DNA from: Thermoplasmata archaeon
GTDB taxonomy: Archaea; Thermoplasmatota; DTKX01; DATEUP01
Direction of reading: 5' to 3'
DNA length: 64,000 bases
NCBI GenBank assembly: GCA_041485285.1
Contig: JBGPJF010000001.1
Coordinates: forward strand, 17,669 to 81,668
Of this stretch, positions 45,989 through 55,865 are shown piece by piece. The notes under the pieces were generated by a model. It was given only the letters and a program-made list of their open reading frames with translations, did not search any database and was not told the DNA's origin. Position 1 is the first letter of the stretch. The number at the start of each line of letters is the position of its first letter. A program made the position numbers and the translations under genes.

Positions 45989-47149
45989 ATGACCGCCCGA
46001 ACCTCACCCCGCCTCGGGGCTTACCGGAAGACCCCCGCCGGCTACCCGGCGTTCCATATCGAGACCGGTCCCCTGGCAATGCCGGTCAAGGTCGGGGACC
46101 GCCTCCTTGGCGAACTTGACCGGGCCACGCTCGCGGTCGGCAAGCTCGTCGGAACGGCATCCGTGCTCCCAAGCCCCGAGAACTTCATTTCAATGTACAT
46201 GCGACTTGAGGCAGTAATCTCATCGCGCATCGAGGGGACGCGTGCTTCCCTCGTGGACTTGTTGAGGTTCGAGCAAGAACCGGAGGAGACCGAACGGTTG
46301 GACGACCTCACGCAAGTGTCGAACCACCTCAAGCTCCTCCAGATTCTCGATACCCGCAAGCGAAGCGCCCCACTTACCCTCGGCGAGCTCGAAGCGGCCC
46401 ACCGCACGCTCCTCAAGGGAACGGTCGGTGTCCATTCGCTGGGCAAGATCCGCACCGTCCAGAATTGGATCGGACCGCCAGGGCCCATTTCGATGGCGGA
46501 TTTCATCCCTCCTCCCCCTGGAGAGGTGAAAGAGGCCCTCCGCGACCTGGTGGCTTTCATCAATCACAACTCACGGCTCCCGCCGATTATCCGCGCCGCC
46601 GTTGCCCACGTCTATTTCGAAACGATCCACCCATTCGCGGATGGCAACGGGAGGATCGGCAGGTACCTCATTCACTTCATGCTCTGGAAATGCGGCGTGG
46701 TGGACCGCCCCATCCTGTATTTCTCTCATTACATTCGCCGATTCCAGGGCGAGTATTACGAACGGCTGAACGGCGCCCGCGACCCGGAGGGACTCGAGGA
46801 ATTCTGTATCTTTCTCACGACCGGGATTGGCGACGTCGCCGAGGAGGCGCTCGGGCGATCCAGGGAGGTCGTCGCCGTCTGTCGCGATTACGAACGGGTC
46901 GTACGGGGAACCATGGGACGGCGTACGGTTCCGGCGCTCCGCGTATTGGAAGAATTGTACCGCCAACCGATCGCCGAAGTGCCCGAGATAGCGAGGTGGA
47001 GCGGGCTCGGCCGCAGCTCGACGAACCTCCTGGTCGACGCGTTGCTCGACGCCAAGATCCTCGTGGAGCGGACAGGTCAAGCCAGGAACCGGGTTTTTGG
47101 CCTCAAGAAGTATCTCGACCTGTTCACGGCTGTTGATGAGGAGGCGTAA
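45989..47149 (+). CDS. Fic/Doc-family (Fido) protein, putative AMPylase, with a C-terminal winged helix
   Basis: Canonical Fic motif HPFADGNGRIGR. An AT-rich promoter region with palindromes lies upstream. Confidence 0.85.
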   Translation: MTARTSPRLGAYRKTPAGYPAFHIETGPLAMPVKVGDRLLGELDRATLAVGKLVGTASVLPSPENFISMYMRLEAVISSRIEGTRASLVDLLRFEQEPEETERLDDLTQVSNHLKLLQILDTRKRSAPLTLGELEAAHRTLLKGTVGVHSLGKIRTVQNWIGPPGPISMADFIPPPPGEVKEALRDLVAFINHNSRLPPIIRAAVAHVYFETIHPFADGNGRIGRYLIHFMLWKCGVVDRPILYFSHYIRRFQGEYYERLNGARDPEGLEEFCIFLTTGIGDVAEEALGRSREVVAVCRDYERVVRGTMGRRTVPALRVLEELYRQPIAEVPEIARWSGLGRSSTNLLVDALLDAKILVERTGQARNRVFGLKKYLDLFTAVDEEA

Positions 47150-47242
47150 TCGTTCCAAGCGTGTTTGCGGGCCAGCGACAGAAAGGCTGGGCCCGCCCCG
47201 CCAACCGTTATATATCGCGCCCCAAATCGGCGCCCCAGCGCC

Positions 47243-47464
47243 ATGGCCGACGACCTGCTCACCCCAAAGCACCTCAAGTGGATCTTCGCCCTCGTCCTCA
47301 TGGCGGGCGTCACCTTCTACTTCATGTGGGGGTTCGCGTTCCACGCGTTCTTCGACTTCGCGAATTACACCATCACCGTGATCCTCGTGTTCACGGGGCT
47401 CATCGGGACGTTCCTCTACCGCGAGCTCGAGCGGGAGCAGGCGAAGGCCAAAGCCTCCGAATGA
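47243..47464 (+). CDS. Small membrane protein of about 73 aa, 2 TM
   Basis: MADDLLTPKHLKWIFALVLMAGVTFYFMWGFAFHAFFDFANYTITVILVFTGLIGTFLY. Confidence 0.35.
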   Translation: MADDLLTPKHLKWIFALVLMAGVTFYFMWGFAFHAFFDFANYTITVILVFTGLIGTFLYRELEREQAKAKASE

Positions 47465-47476
47465 GGCGGCCCCGCT

Positions 47477-48895
47477 TCAGTACGTCTTTGCCACCAGCGT
47501 AGGCTTTCCCGCCGGCTTGCCGCAGACGAGGCACTTCTCCGGCGCGCGCACACCGACCGGCAGCGCGCCCCCCTCAAGCGTGCCGAGCACGTGGGCGTCG
47601 GACTCCTGCTCGATCTTCTTCCCGCAGACTTCCTGGCCGCACCAGCCCACGACCGACACCCCGCCGTGCGCGCGCAGCTCTTCCCACGAGTGCGCGCCGA
47701 TCACGGCGTCTTCGATGATGCGCTTGGCCTTCTCGAGCATCCGCTCGCGGAGGAACTCGAACTCTTCGCGCACGGCCTCCTTGAGGCGCTCGCGCTTGTA
47801 CGTGTTCTTGCCGCCGGTGTCGCGGGGGACGATGACGACGGTGCCATCCTTGAGGTCGCGCGGCCCGACCTCGACGCGCAGCGGCACGCCGCGCAGCTCG
47901 TGCTCGAAGTACTTCGCGCCCGGGCGGAGGTCGCGGATGTCGGCCTCCGCGCGCAGGCCCTCGGCCTTGAGTTCCGCAGCGATGGCCTTGGCCGCCGCGA
48001 GGGGCTCGTCGCGCGAGTCCTTCGTCTGGATCGGGATTACGACGACCTGAACAGGCGCGATGGCCGGCGGCATCACGAGCCCCTTGTTGTCCCCGTGAAT
48101 GGCGACGACGGCGCCGATCAGGCGCTCGCTCATCCCGTAGGTCGTCTGGTGGACGTACTTGCGCGACCCGTCGGCGTCTTCGTAGGTGATGCCGTACGGC
48201 CGCGAGAAGTTCTCCTTGTAGTGGTGGATCGTCGCGACCTGGAGCGTCTTGCCCGTCGGGGTGATCGTGTCGGCCCCGAGCGAGTAAAACGCCCCGGCGA
48301 ACTTGTCCCACTCCGGCCTGCGGTTGATGAGGTAGGGCAGCGCGAGTTCGCGGGCGAGCGCCTGCCAGATCTCCATGTCCTCGCGCACCTGGGCCTCGGC
48401 GGCCTCGAAGGTCGTCTGCGCCGTGTGGCCCTCGAAGAAGTGGATCTCGCGGACGCGCATGAACGCGCGCGTCATCTTGGTCTCGTAGCGGAACGTGTTC
48501 ACGATCTGGAACACCTTGAGCGGAAGGTCCGCGTGGCTCCTCACCCAGAGCGCGAACATCGGGTACATCGCCGTCTCGGAGGTCGGCCGCAGCAGCAGCT
48601 TCACGTCGAGTTCGTTGTCCCCGCCGTGGGTGACCCAGTAGACCTCGGCGCCGAAACCCTTGATGTGGTCGGCTTCTTTCTTGAACTCCGTCTCGGGAAT
48701 GAGCAGCGGGAAGTTGACCTCCTTGTAGCCACGCGCCTCGCAGAGGCCGCGGGTGATCATGTCCGTGAGGAACATGGCCTTCCAGCCGTAGGGCGTCCAG
48801 ACATTCATCCCCTTGATCGGATAGCGCTTGTCGGTGAGGCCGGCCTTCTCGACGATGTCGTTGTACCAGGCCAGGAAATCCTCTTCCTTCCGCAT
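47477..48895 (-). CDS. proS: Prolyl-tRNA synthetase (archaeal/eukaryal-type class II)
   Basis: MRKEEDFLAWYNDIVEKAGL... and class II motifs ...FRYETKMTRAFMRVREIHFFEGH.... ATG at 48895. Confidence 0.9.
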   Translation of the reverse strand: MRKEEDFLAWYNDIVEKAGLTDKRYPIKGMNVWTPYGWKAMFLTDMITRGLCEARGYKEVNFPLLIPETEFKKEADHIKGFGAEVYWVTHGGDNELDVKLLLRPTSETAMYPMFALWVRSHADLPLKVFQIVNTFRYETKMTRAFMRVREIHFFEGHTAQTTFEAAEAQVREDMEIWQALARELALPYLINRRPEWDKFAGAFYSLGADTITPTGKTLQVATIHHYKENFSRPYGITYEDADGSRKYVHQTTYGMSERLIGAVVAIHGDNKGLVMPPAIAPVQVVVIPIQTKDSRDEPLAAAKAIAAELKAEGLRAEADIRDLRPGAKYFEHELRGVPLRVEVGPRDLKDGTVVIVPRDTGGKNTYKRERLKEAVREEFEFLRERMLEKAKRIIEDAVIGAHSWEELRAHGGVSVVGWCGQEVCGKKIEQESDAHVLGTLEGGALPVGVRAPEKCLVCGKPAGKPTLVAKTY

Positions 48896-49035
48896 CGTCA
48901 AGTCGCCTCCGCGTCGAGCGCGGGAAGCGGAGGGCTGACTTAACCGTTTTCGTGGGGGGACGGGCGCCCGAAGGGTGCCCGCGGCGGCTCGGGAACCATT
49001 ATTTGGCCGGGCTCCCACGTCCGGGCGGGACGCCC

Positions 49036-49167
49036 ATGTGCACCGTTTGCGTCATGACCTTCGGCTCGTTTGTCGGCGCCGTCGCCCTGGCGAAAGCGGG
49101 CGGCCTTGCCGGGGCAAAAGTCGCGCTCGTTGCCTTTGCCACGACCTACCTGATGCGGCGCCGTTGA
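49036..49167 (+). CDS. Small hydrophobic peptide of 43 aa with an N-terminal CxxC (MCTVC) upstream of copA. A speculative membrane metallo-peptide.
   Basis: MCTVCVMTFGSFVGAVALAKAGGLAGAKVALVAFATTYLMRRR. Confidence 0.25.
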   Translation: MCTVCVMTFGSFVGAVALAKAGGLAGAKVALVAFATTYLMRRR

Positions 49168-49222
49168 TCGCGCGCGCTCACCTTTACATTCGTAAGGAGA
49201 TCGAACCTCATAGTAGCCCGCG

Positions 49223-49246
49223 CATAGGGGAACTGCAATCCCTATG
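49223..49246. promoter_or_regulatory. Inverted repeat CATAGGG-N10-CCCTATG overlapping the copA start codon, a candidate metal-responsive operator
   Basis: Read directly. ctttacattcgtaagg lies about 30 bp upstream. Confidence 0.3.
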
Positions 49247-51595
49247 GCTAGAGACCTGATCTGCGGCATGTACGTCGACGAGGGCAAGACGCCCTTCTGG
49301 GCGGAACGCCGCGGCCAGACCTACTACTTCTGCAGCCAGGGCTGCTCGCAGGCGTTCAAGAAACCCGAAGAGGAGTTCCGCCGCCTCAAATGGACCGCGG
49401 CGTTCAGCCTCGTGCTGGGCGCCATCACCGCGTTCTTCGAATACCTCTACGCGCCGCTTGTCGGCTCCAGCGAGTACAACATGCCCGTCGCGGGCATCCC
49501 GATGTACATGCTGCTGTTTGTCCCCGCGACCCTTGTCCAATTCATTGGCGGGGCGCGGTTCTACAAGGGCACACGGGATGCGATCAAAGCGCGCCAGGCC
49601 AACATGGACAGCCTCATCGCCACGGGGACCTCGGCCGCGTGGGTCTACAGCACCATCGTAACCTTCCTCCCGGGGATCCTGCCCGTGAGCTCGACGGGAG
49701 CGCCCGCGGTCTACTTCACCGAATCGGGCCTCATCATCGGCTTCATCCTGCTTGGCGGCGTGATGGAGCACCTCGTCAAGGGGCGCGCCTCCGAGGCCGT
49801 GTACAAGCTCCTCGACCTCCAGCCGAAGATGGCGACGGTCGAGAAGGACGGGAAGGAGACCGAGGTCCCGGTCGAGAAGGTGCAGGTAGGTGACCTGATC
49901 GTGGTGCGGCCCGGCGAAAGAATTCCGGTCGACGGGGAAGTCGCAAGCGGCAGCTCCGCCATTGACGAGTCGCTGGTAACCGGCGAAAGCATGCCCGTCG
50001 AGAAGCGGGTCGGCGACTTCGTCGTAGGCGGGAGCATCAACCGCACGGGCCTGCTCAAGGTGCGCGCGACCAAGGTCGGCGCCGACACCACCCTCGCGCA
50101 GATCGTCCGCCTCGTCGAGGAGGCGATCGTGTCCAATGCCCCGATCCAGCGGATGGCCGACCGCGTGTCGTCGTACTTTGTGCCCGTTGTGGTCGTTGTG
50201 GCGGTGAGCGCCTTCCTGCTGTGGTACACGATTGGCGCCCTCCCCTTCTCGAGCGCCTTCATCGTCCTCGTGTCGGTGCTGATCGTGGCCTGCCCCTGCG
50301 CGCTGGGCATCGCGACCCCGGCTGCTATCATGATTGGGGCCGCCAAGGGCGCCGGGGCGGGCATCCTCGTCAAGAGCGGGGAGGTGCTGGAGAAGGCGCG
50401 CGCCGTTTCGCTCGTGGTGTTTGACAAGACGGGCACGCTCACGAGCGGCTCGCCATCGGTGAGCGAGGTCGAGGCCATCGCCCCCTTCGACAAGGGCCAG
50501 GTGGCGCGCCTTGCATCCTCGGCCGAACAGGGCTCGGAGCACCCCGTCGGCGAGGCCGTGGTGCGCGCGGCCCGTGAACTCGGCATCGTGATGGTCGACC
50601 CCGTTGGCTTCGAGGCCGTGCCCGGCCAAGGCATTCGGGCCAACGTCATGGGCAAACGCATCGAGGTCGGGAACCGTGCGATGATGGCCGCCTCTGGCGT
50701 GGATGCATCGGCCCTCGAGCGGCGAGCGAGCCAACTCGAGACGGCAGGCAAAACCGTCATGCTCGTTGCCGTGGACGGCCAGCCGGCCGGCCTGATTGCG
50801 GTCGCCGACACGCTCAAAGAGACCGCGGCCGAGGCGGTGAAGCTGCTGCGCGACGGCGGCGTCGAGGTCATGCTGCTCACCGGCGACAACCCGCGCACCG
50901 CCAAGGCCGTGGCGGCTGCTGTTGGCATCGAACGCGTGATGGCCGAGGTCCGCCCCGTCGACAAGGCGCGTGTTGTCGGTGAGCTGAAGAAAGAGGGCAG
51001 AGTCGTCGCAATGGTAGGCGACGGCATCAACGACGCCCCCGCGCTTGCCGCGGCCGACGTAGGAATCGCGATCGGCAGCGGTACCGACGTCGCCAAGGAG
51101 GCCGGCGGCATCGTGCTCCTTCGCGACGACCCCCGCGATGTCGCGCGGGCCATCGCCCTCTCGCGGCGCACCGTGTCGAAGATCCGCCAGAACCTGTTCT
51201 GGGCGTTCGCGTACAACATCGCCCTCATCCCCGTCGCCGCCGGCGCGCTGCTCCTCGTGGGCGGCCCGCTGTTCAACCCGATCTTCGCAGCCATCGCGAT
51301 GGCCGCTTCCTCCACCACGGTCACCCTGAATTCAATGCTGCTCGGGCGCTTCGACCCGCGGAGCGCGACGCTCGCGGGGAAGGCGCCCGGCCGGGCACCC
51401 AGGGTTGACACAACGAAAACCGGAGATGACGAAATGTTCAGGAAACCAAAGATGGAGAAGGACCCTGTGTGTGGAATGATGGTCGACCCAAAGAAGGCGG
51501 CCGGCAATGAAAGCCACGAGGGCAAGGACTTCTACTTCTGCTCGACGGGCTGCGCCGCCACCTTCCGCGCCGACCCGCACAAGTACGCGCACTGA
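49244..51595 (+). CDS. copA: Copper-translocating P1B-type ATPase with N- and C-terminal TRASH/YHS metal-binding domains
   Basis: N-terminal LICGMYVDE...[13 protein letters not shown] motif [31 protein letters not shown]-terminal DPVCGMMVD...FYFCSTGC. Confidence 0.9.
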   Translation: MARDLICGMYVDEGKTPFWAERRGQTYYFCSQGCSQAFKKPEEEFRRLKWTAAFSLVLGAITAFFEYLYAPLVGSSEYNMPVAGIPMYMLLFVPATLVQFIGGARFYKGTRDAIKARQANMDSLIATGTSAAWVYSTIVTFLPGILPVSSTGAPAVYFTESGLIIGFILLGGVMEHLVKGRASEAVYKLLDLQPKMATVEKDGKETEVPVEKVQVGDLIVVRPGERIPVDGEVASGSSAIDESLVTGESMPVEKRVGDFVVGGSINRTGLLKVRATKVGADTTLAQIVRLVEEAIVSNAPIQRMADRVSSYFVPVVVVVAVSAFLLWYTIGALPFSSAFIVLVSVLIVACPCALGIATPAAIMIGAAKGAGAGILVKSGEVLEKARAVSLVVFDKTGTLTSGSPSVSEVEAIAPFDKGQVARLASSAEQGSEHPVGEAVVRAARELGIVMVDPVGFEAVPGQGIRANVMGKRIEVGNRAMMAASGVDASALERRASQLETAGKTVMLVAVDGQPAGLIAVADTLKETAAEAVKLLRDGGVEVMLLTGDNPRTAKAVAAAVGIERVMAEVRPVDKARVVGELKKEGRVVAMVGDGINDAPALAAADVGIAIGSGTDVAKEAGGIVLLRDDPRDVARAIALSRRTVSKIRQNLFWAFAYNIALIPVAAGALLLVGGPLFNPIFAAIAMAASSTTVTLNSMLLGRFDPRSATLAGKAPGRAPRVDTTKTGDDEMFRKPKMEKDPVCGMMVDPKKAAGNESHEGKDFYFCSTGCAATFRADPHKYAH

Positions 51596-51695
51596 CCGGT
51601 CCAGGATGCATGGGGCCGTCCCCTCGACGGAAAGGGGCCAGGCGAGGCGCGGTTGAGCCCACTCCTTATCTATATGTAGACATACATGTAGATCC

Positions 51696-51929
51696 GTGAC
51701 CAAGACTGTGGCGCTCTCCGATCGGGCCTACGAAGTGCTCGCGCGGCTCAAGAAGCCCGGCCAATCGTTCTCCGAGGTCGTGCAAGAGCTCGCGCACGAG
51801 AAGAGGCCGAGCGTTCGCGAGGTGAGCGGCCTGCTGGCAGACGACTCCGACTATTGGAAGGCGTTCGCAGCGAAGAGGCGCGCCGCCCGCAAGCGCTCCG
51901 CACGGCGCGTGCGCTTCGAGGAGGGCTAA
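51696..51929 (+). CDS. vapB: VapB-like antitoxin
   Basis: 77 aa with a GTG start. A TATA-like ttatctatatg lies about 30 bp upstream. The TAATG junction overlaps vapC. Confidence 0.5.
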   Translation: MTKTVALSDRAYEVLARLKKPGQSFSEVVQELAHEKRPSVREVSGLLADDSDYWKAFAAKRRAARKRSARRVRFEEG

Positions 51930-52321
51930 TGTTTGTCGTGGACACCGACGTTTGTGTCGACGCGATTCGCGGGCTGCGGGGGGCGGCCGATGAGCTTGCT
52001 GCCCTCGAACGCGAGGGCCCCCTGGCGCTCGCCGCCATCACGGCACACGAACTGTGGGAGGGAGCCTTCGGCTCGGACAATCCCGATCGGGCCGTTGCGG
52101 CCGTGGCCAAATTCATGGCTGCGTTCGCGGTCCTCCCCTACGATGACACCTCGGCACGTTTGGGCGGGCAACTCGCCGCAACGCTCGAGAAAACCGGGCG
52201 CCCGATCGGCGACCTCGACACCATGATTGCAGCGACGGCGGTAGCCCAAGGAGCGACCTTGGTTACCCGTAACGCGCAGCACTTCCGTCGAGTGAAGGAC
52301 TTGCGCGTGCACGCCCTCTGA
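51929..52321 (+). CDS. vapC: PIN-domain toxin
   Basis: MFVVDTDVCVDAIRG...LVTRNAQHFRRV has the PIN acidic-residue pattern. Confidence 0.7.
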   Translation: MFVVDTDVCVDAIRGLRGAADELAALEREGPLALAAITAHELWEGAFGSDNPDRAVAAVAKFMAAFAVLPYDDTSARLGGQLAATLEKTGRPIGDLDTMIAATAVAQGATLVTRNAQHFRRVKDLRVHAL

Positions 52322-52379
52322 GGTAGCCCCCCCGGCCGTCCAATCAACGCTTATCAACAGGGGCGGGGGTAGCGCCAAC

Positions 52380-54662
52380 GTGGCCGGCGTCGGCGACGTT
52401 CTGGTATTCGCGTTCCTGGCCTGCGCCGGGGGCGCCGCCGTCCTGCGGGGCCTCCATCTTTGGCGGCCGCTCGAGGGGCGCCCGTTCGACTACCGCCGCG
52501 TTTCGCGTCAGCTGCTCTTCGCCACGCTCGGCGCGGCCTTTGCCATCGCCGCCTACGTTGAGTTCCTCTTCCTGACGAGCGACCTTTCGTTCCAGTACGT
52601 TTGGGGCCACAGCGCGCGCGAACACATCCTCCTTTGGAAAGTCGAGGGGCTGTGGGCCGGGCAAGAGGGCTCGATCTTCCTTTGGGCCTCGTCGATGACG
52701 GGCGCGCTCGCGATCAACGAATGGCTGACGATCCGCCGCGAGCGGCGGCCCGCCGAAGAAGGGTCAAAGGCCGCCAAACGGCGGGTCGCCGACGCCCGCC
52801 TTGGTGACTGGACCGCTTTCTTCGTCCTCGTCATCATCACGAGCTTCGCGATCGTCCTTATCGCGTCCAACTGGTTTCAACTGACAAGCGCCGAGCAGCT
52901 CGCCGGCAACCCCGCGGGAAAGGGAATCTCGTCCACGCTTCGCACCGAACTCAACGCGATCCACCCGCCCATCGAACTAACCGGGTACGCGCTCACCGCG
53001 CTCCCCATGGCCGCCGCCTTCGCGTACCTCGCCACCGGCGACAAGGGGTGGATCCGCTACTGCTCCTTCTGGACGCGCACCGCGTGGATTTTCCTCACGA
53101 CCGGCCTGGCCATCGGCGGGCTTTGGGCGTACATCACCCTCGGGTGGGGCGGGTACTGGGCCTGGGACCCTGTCGAAGTCGCCTCCCTCCTGCCGTGGCT
53201 TGCCACCACGGCCCTGCTCCACGCCCAAGTCATGCACAAGCGCGGCAAGATGTACCCGCTCGCGGCGCCCCTGTTTGCGGCCATCGCATTTTCGCTCACC
53301 GAGTTCGGCACCTTCGTCACGCGCAGCGGCGTCTGGAACTCCGTCCACTCGTTCATCGCCAGCCCCAACGTGTCGCTCGGCGACGCCATCGCGCACGCGC
53401 TTGCCTCTGACCTTCGCCTCGCCGTGTTCTTCGCCATGATCTTCGTGCCCCTCGGCCTGCTCGCGCTGCTCCTGCGCCATTTCCTCAAGCACCACTACAA
53501 GGAGGTCAGTTTCCTTCCGCCGCGCGGGGCCGACGAGGACCTCGTCGACTACATCACGCAGGACAAATTCACCGTGTTCGCGGGCATCCTCATGCTCTCC
53601 GCCATCCTGCTCATGACCTTCGTCGTGCTCGTGAAGAACGCCGCCATCGCCCCGCAGCCCCAGGAGTACGAGACGAAGCTCGCGATCCCGCTCTTCGTCA
53701 TCCTGTTCTTCATCGCCGTCAACTACCTGCGCCGCCCGCTTGGCAGCGAGAATGCGCTCCTTGCCGCGATCGTCGCCTCCTTCGTGGGCGCGATGGCGTT
53801 CATCCTCTACCCGGCGCCTCCAGGCGCCGGCTACTGGAAGCTTGCCGCCGCTGCGATCCCCATGGTCTTGCTGATCTTCGGGATGGGCGCGGTGCGGATC
53901 ACGGGGGCCCTGCGGCGCAAAACCCTCTCCTCGCTCAAAGCCCGCGCGCGCACGATCGCGATCCTCCTTGCCCACGTCGGAGTGGCGTGTGTGGTGCTCG
54001 GGTACGCGACCACGAATGTGGCCGCAAGCGAAAGGCCCGCCATCGTCGCCGCCGCCGAAGGCGGCCGCGGGGCGGTGACGGCCGACGTGTACGGCTACAC
54101 CATCGAACTCCTCAACTTCACAAAGGACGGGAACGCCGGGGGTTCGGCGACCGAATACTGGGACAAGTTCACGGCGACCTATTCGATGTACGACGGCGCC
54201 CACCACCTCGTGCGGATGAGTTCCGCCTTTGTCGTCTACAAGCGCTACTTTGCCGCACCGACATCGGCCAATTTCTCGGTCGGCGACTACAGCGGGATCG
54301 CGCTCATCCACACGGACGTTTATTCCACCCTCACCTACGACCTGTACATCCAGATCAACAACCTCGTGAACATCAACGACCCCTCGTCCAACGGCACGAA
54401 TTCTACGGTCGCCGTCGAACTCTCCGTCCGCCAGATCCCCGGCACCTGGGGCATCTGGCTCGGCGTCGTGCTGATGGTTGGCGGGATGGTCACGCTGATG
54501 CTGGTGGAATACACCGCGCAGCGCAAAGGCGGCGAGAAGTTCACGCCCGCGGACGACCCTGCAGGGACGCCCGCACGAACGGTCCCCGGAAGTCCCGCGT
54601 CGCAAACGGCGCCAGATCCCGTGAGTCCTGCCCCCATGGAAGGCCAAACGGACTCTCGTTGA
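52380..54662 (+). CDS. ccmF: Cytochrome c-type biogenesis heme lyase, CcmF/NrfE-like (heme-handling WWD family), extended C-terminal region
   Basis: WWD domain LGWGGYWAWDPVEVASLLPWL and multiple TM helices, 760 aa. Confidence 0.7.
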   Translation: MAGVGDVLVFAFLACAGGAAVLRGLHLWRPLEGRPFDYRRVSRQLLFATLGAAFAIAAYVEFLFLTSDLSFQYVWGHSAREHILLWKVEGLWAGQEGSIFLWASSMTGALAINEWLTIRRERRPAEEGSKAAKRRVADARLGDWTAFFVLVIITSFAIVLIASNWFQLTSAEQLAGNPAGKGISSTLRTELNAIHPPIELTGYALTALPMAAAFAYLATGDKGWIRYCSFWTRTAWIFLTTGLAIGGLWAYITLGWGGYWAWDPVEVASLLPWLATTALLHAQVMHKRGKMYPLAAPLFAAIAFSLTEFGTFVTRSGVWNSVHSFIASPNVSLGDAIAHALASDLRLAVFFAMIFVPLGLLALLLRHFLKHHYKEVSFLPPRGADEDLVDYITQDKFTVFAGILMLSAILLMTFVVLVKNAAIAPQPQEYETKLAIPLFVILFFIAVNYLRRPLGSENALLAAIVASFVGAMAFILYPAPPGAGYWKLAAAAIPMVLLIFGMGAVRITGALRRKTLSSLKARARTIAILLAHVGVACVVLGYATTNVAASERPAIVAAAEGGRGAVTADVYGYTIELLNFTKDGNAGGSATEYWDKFTATYSMYDGAHHLVRMSSAFVVYKRYFAAPTSANFSVGDYSGIALIHTDVYSTLTYDLYIQINNLVNINDPSSNGTNSTVAVELSVRQIPGTWGIWLGVVLMVGGMVTLMLVEYTAQRKGGEKFTPADDPAGTPARTVPGSPASQTAPDPVSPAPMEGQTDSR

Positions 54663-55095
54663 CGTCCATGTTGTTCTCGTCGACGAGGAAGACACTCGCG
54701 GCAATCGCGTAGCGCTGCCCGCCCGAGACGACCATAAGCACCTCAACCGATTTGTGCGTCGCGCCCACGGCGTTCCTCAGCCGCGCCGCTTCTTCCGGCG
54801 TGGGCTGGTCGAACGCGATGCCTTTCAGGTGCACGGGCAGTTCGACGTACTCGGTGCCCATCATGATCAGGTCGAGGTTGGTGTCCACGCGGGGTTCGTC
54901 CTTGGTCTCCTCCGTGGTGGGGCTGCGCACCAACATTTGGCCGAGGGCCGCGCGGCACTCCCACAAGTGGAATTCGCGGGTGCGTGCCTTTTCGATCCAC
55001 TGCGCGGTGCGGTCATCGGGGACCAGGGGGCCGGCGGATGGGCGGGTCGGTGCCGCGGCGCTCTTCGCTTTCCCGTTCTTCCCTGGAGTCGCCAT
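54541..55095 (-). CDS. Hypothetical protein of 184 aa, downstream of vapC. Its 3' end overlaps the ccmF 3' end by about 120 bp.
   Basis: Protein-like composition and no recognised family. The long convergent overlap makes the extent uncertain. Confidence 0.3.
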   Translation of the reverse strand: MATPGKNGKAKSAAAPTRPSAGPLVPDDRTAQWIEKARTREFHLWECRAALGQMLVRSPTTEETKDEPRVDTNLDLIMMGTEYVELPVHLKGIAFDQPTPEEAARLRNAVGATHKSVEVLMVVSGGQRYAIAASVFLVDENNMDVNESPFGLPWGQDSRDLAPFATRDFRGPFVRASLQGRPRA

Positions 55096-55155
55096 GGTGC
55101 CCGCTCAGCCAGATGGGGCCTTGGGCCCAAATGAACCCACCGGCCGAGCGCATCC

Positions 55156-55584
55156 CTAAGAAGGGAGGCGCGCCACCAAGCCATCGAACCCGCGGTCGAA
55201 AGACGCGATCACCGCGACGTGGCGCTCAGCCATTACCGCAAGCGAAGTGCAGTCTGTAAAGCTCAAGCCTCGACGATAGTGACGGCGAAACAGCGGGACC
55301 GCTTCGCGGAACGCTCCGTCCGACACGCGCGAAACCGGAATCGGGGGCGCCTGCCCATGGGTGGGCCCCTCGAAGGTCGCTGCAAGCAAGCGGTCGATTG
55401 CCTCGGAGGGGGCGCCCCGCACCATGAGAAGCGTCAACGCCTCATCCAAAACAAAGTCCGTCACGAAGGGGGAGCCCCAGGCGCCCACGAGCGCCTTTGC
55501 CACGATCGCCTCAGCCTCGTGGTGTTTACCCTCACGCTTGAGGAGCCAGGCTACGAGCAGGTCGGTGTCGAGGAGACAGGTCAC
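55156..55584 (-). CDS. vapC: PIN-domain toxin
   Basis: MTCLLDTDLLVAWLL...SFTDCTSLAVMAERHVAVIASFDRGF. ATGA overlap with the upstream antitoxin. Confidence 0.7.
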   Translation of the reverse strand: MTCLLDTDLLVAWLLKREGKHHEAEAIVAKALVGAWGSPFVTDFVLDEALTLLMVRGAPSEAIDRLLAATFEGPTHGQAPPIPVSRVSDGAFREAVPLFRRHYRRGLSFTDCTSLAVMAERHVAVIASFDRGFDGLVARLPS

Positions 55585-55865
55585 GATCGATCCCTTTTCT
55601 TCCTTCCATAGAGCGCCTCGTCCACGTCTCCGATTTCGAATCCGATGTCGATCGGGAGCGCCATGACGCGTTCTAGCTCCGCCTTGGAGAGTGGCCGCCA
55701 GGCTTTGCCCGCCAAGGCCGCGGGCGCCTCTTCTCCCTTTTCAAGGAGCCGGTCAAGGAGGTCGGCTTGCGTCACACGCCGGCCCGTCATGACGCGCAGT
55801 GTCGCCTGGAGGCGATCGAAGCGCTTCTTCTGCTGTTTTTCAATCCGCAGTGTTGTGGCTGACAT
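55581..55865 (-). CDS. vapB: VapB-like antitoxin (start at the second Met, MSATTLRIEK; a longer form from 55898 is possible)
   Basis: An AT-rich ttatacaatttatacatttt lies about 20-30 bp upstream on the coding strand. Confidence 0.45.
   Translation of the reverse strand: MSATTLRIEKQQKKRFDRLQATLRVMTGRRVTQADLLDRLLEKGEEAPAALAGKAWRPLSKAELERVMALPIDIGFEIGDVDEALYGRKKRDRS

Noticed and set aside
47591-51525. 450-aa + ORF, 508-aa and 604-aa minus-strand ORFs
   Set aside because: Antisense to proS and copA, both of which have diagnostic motifs in the sense frame.
52977-54746. 589-aa minus-strand ORF
   Set aside because: Antisense to ccmF, and the WWD motif fixes the sense frame.
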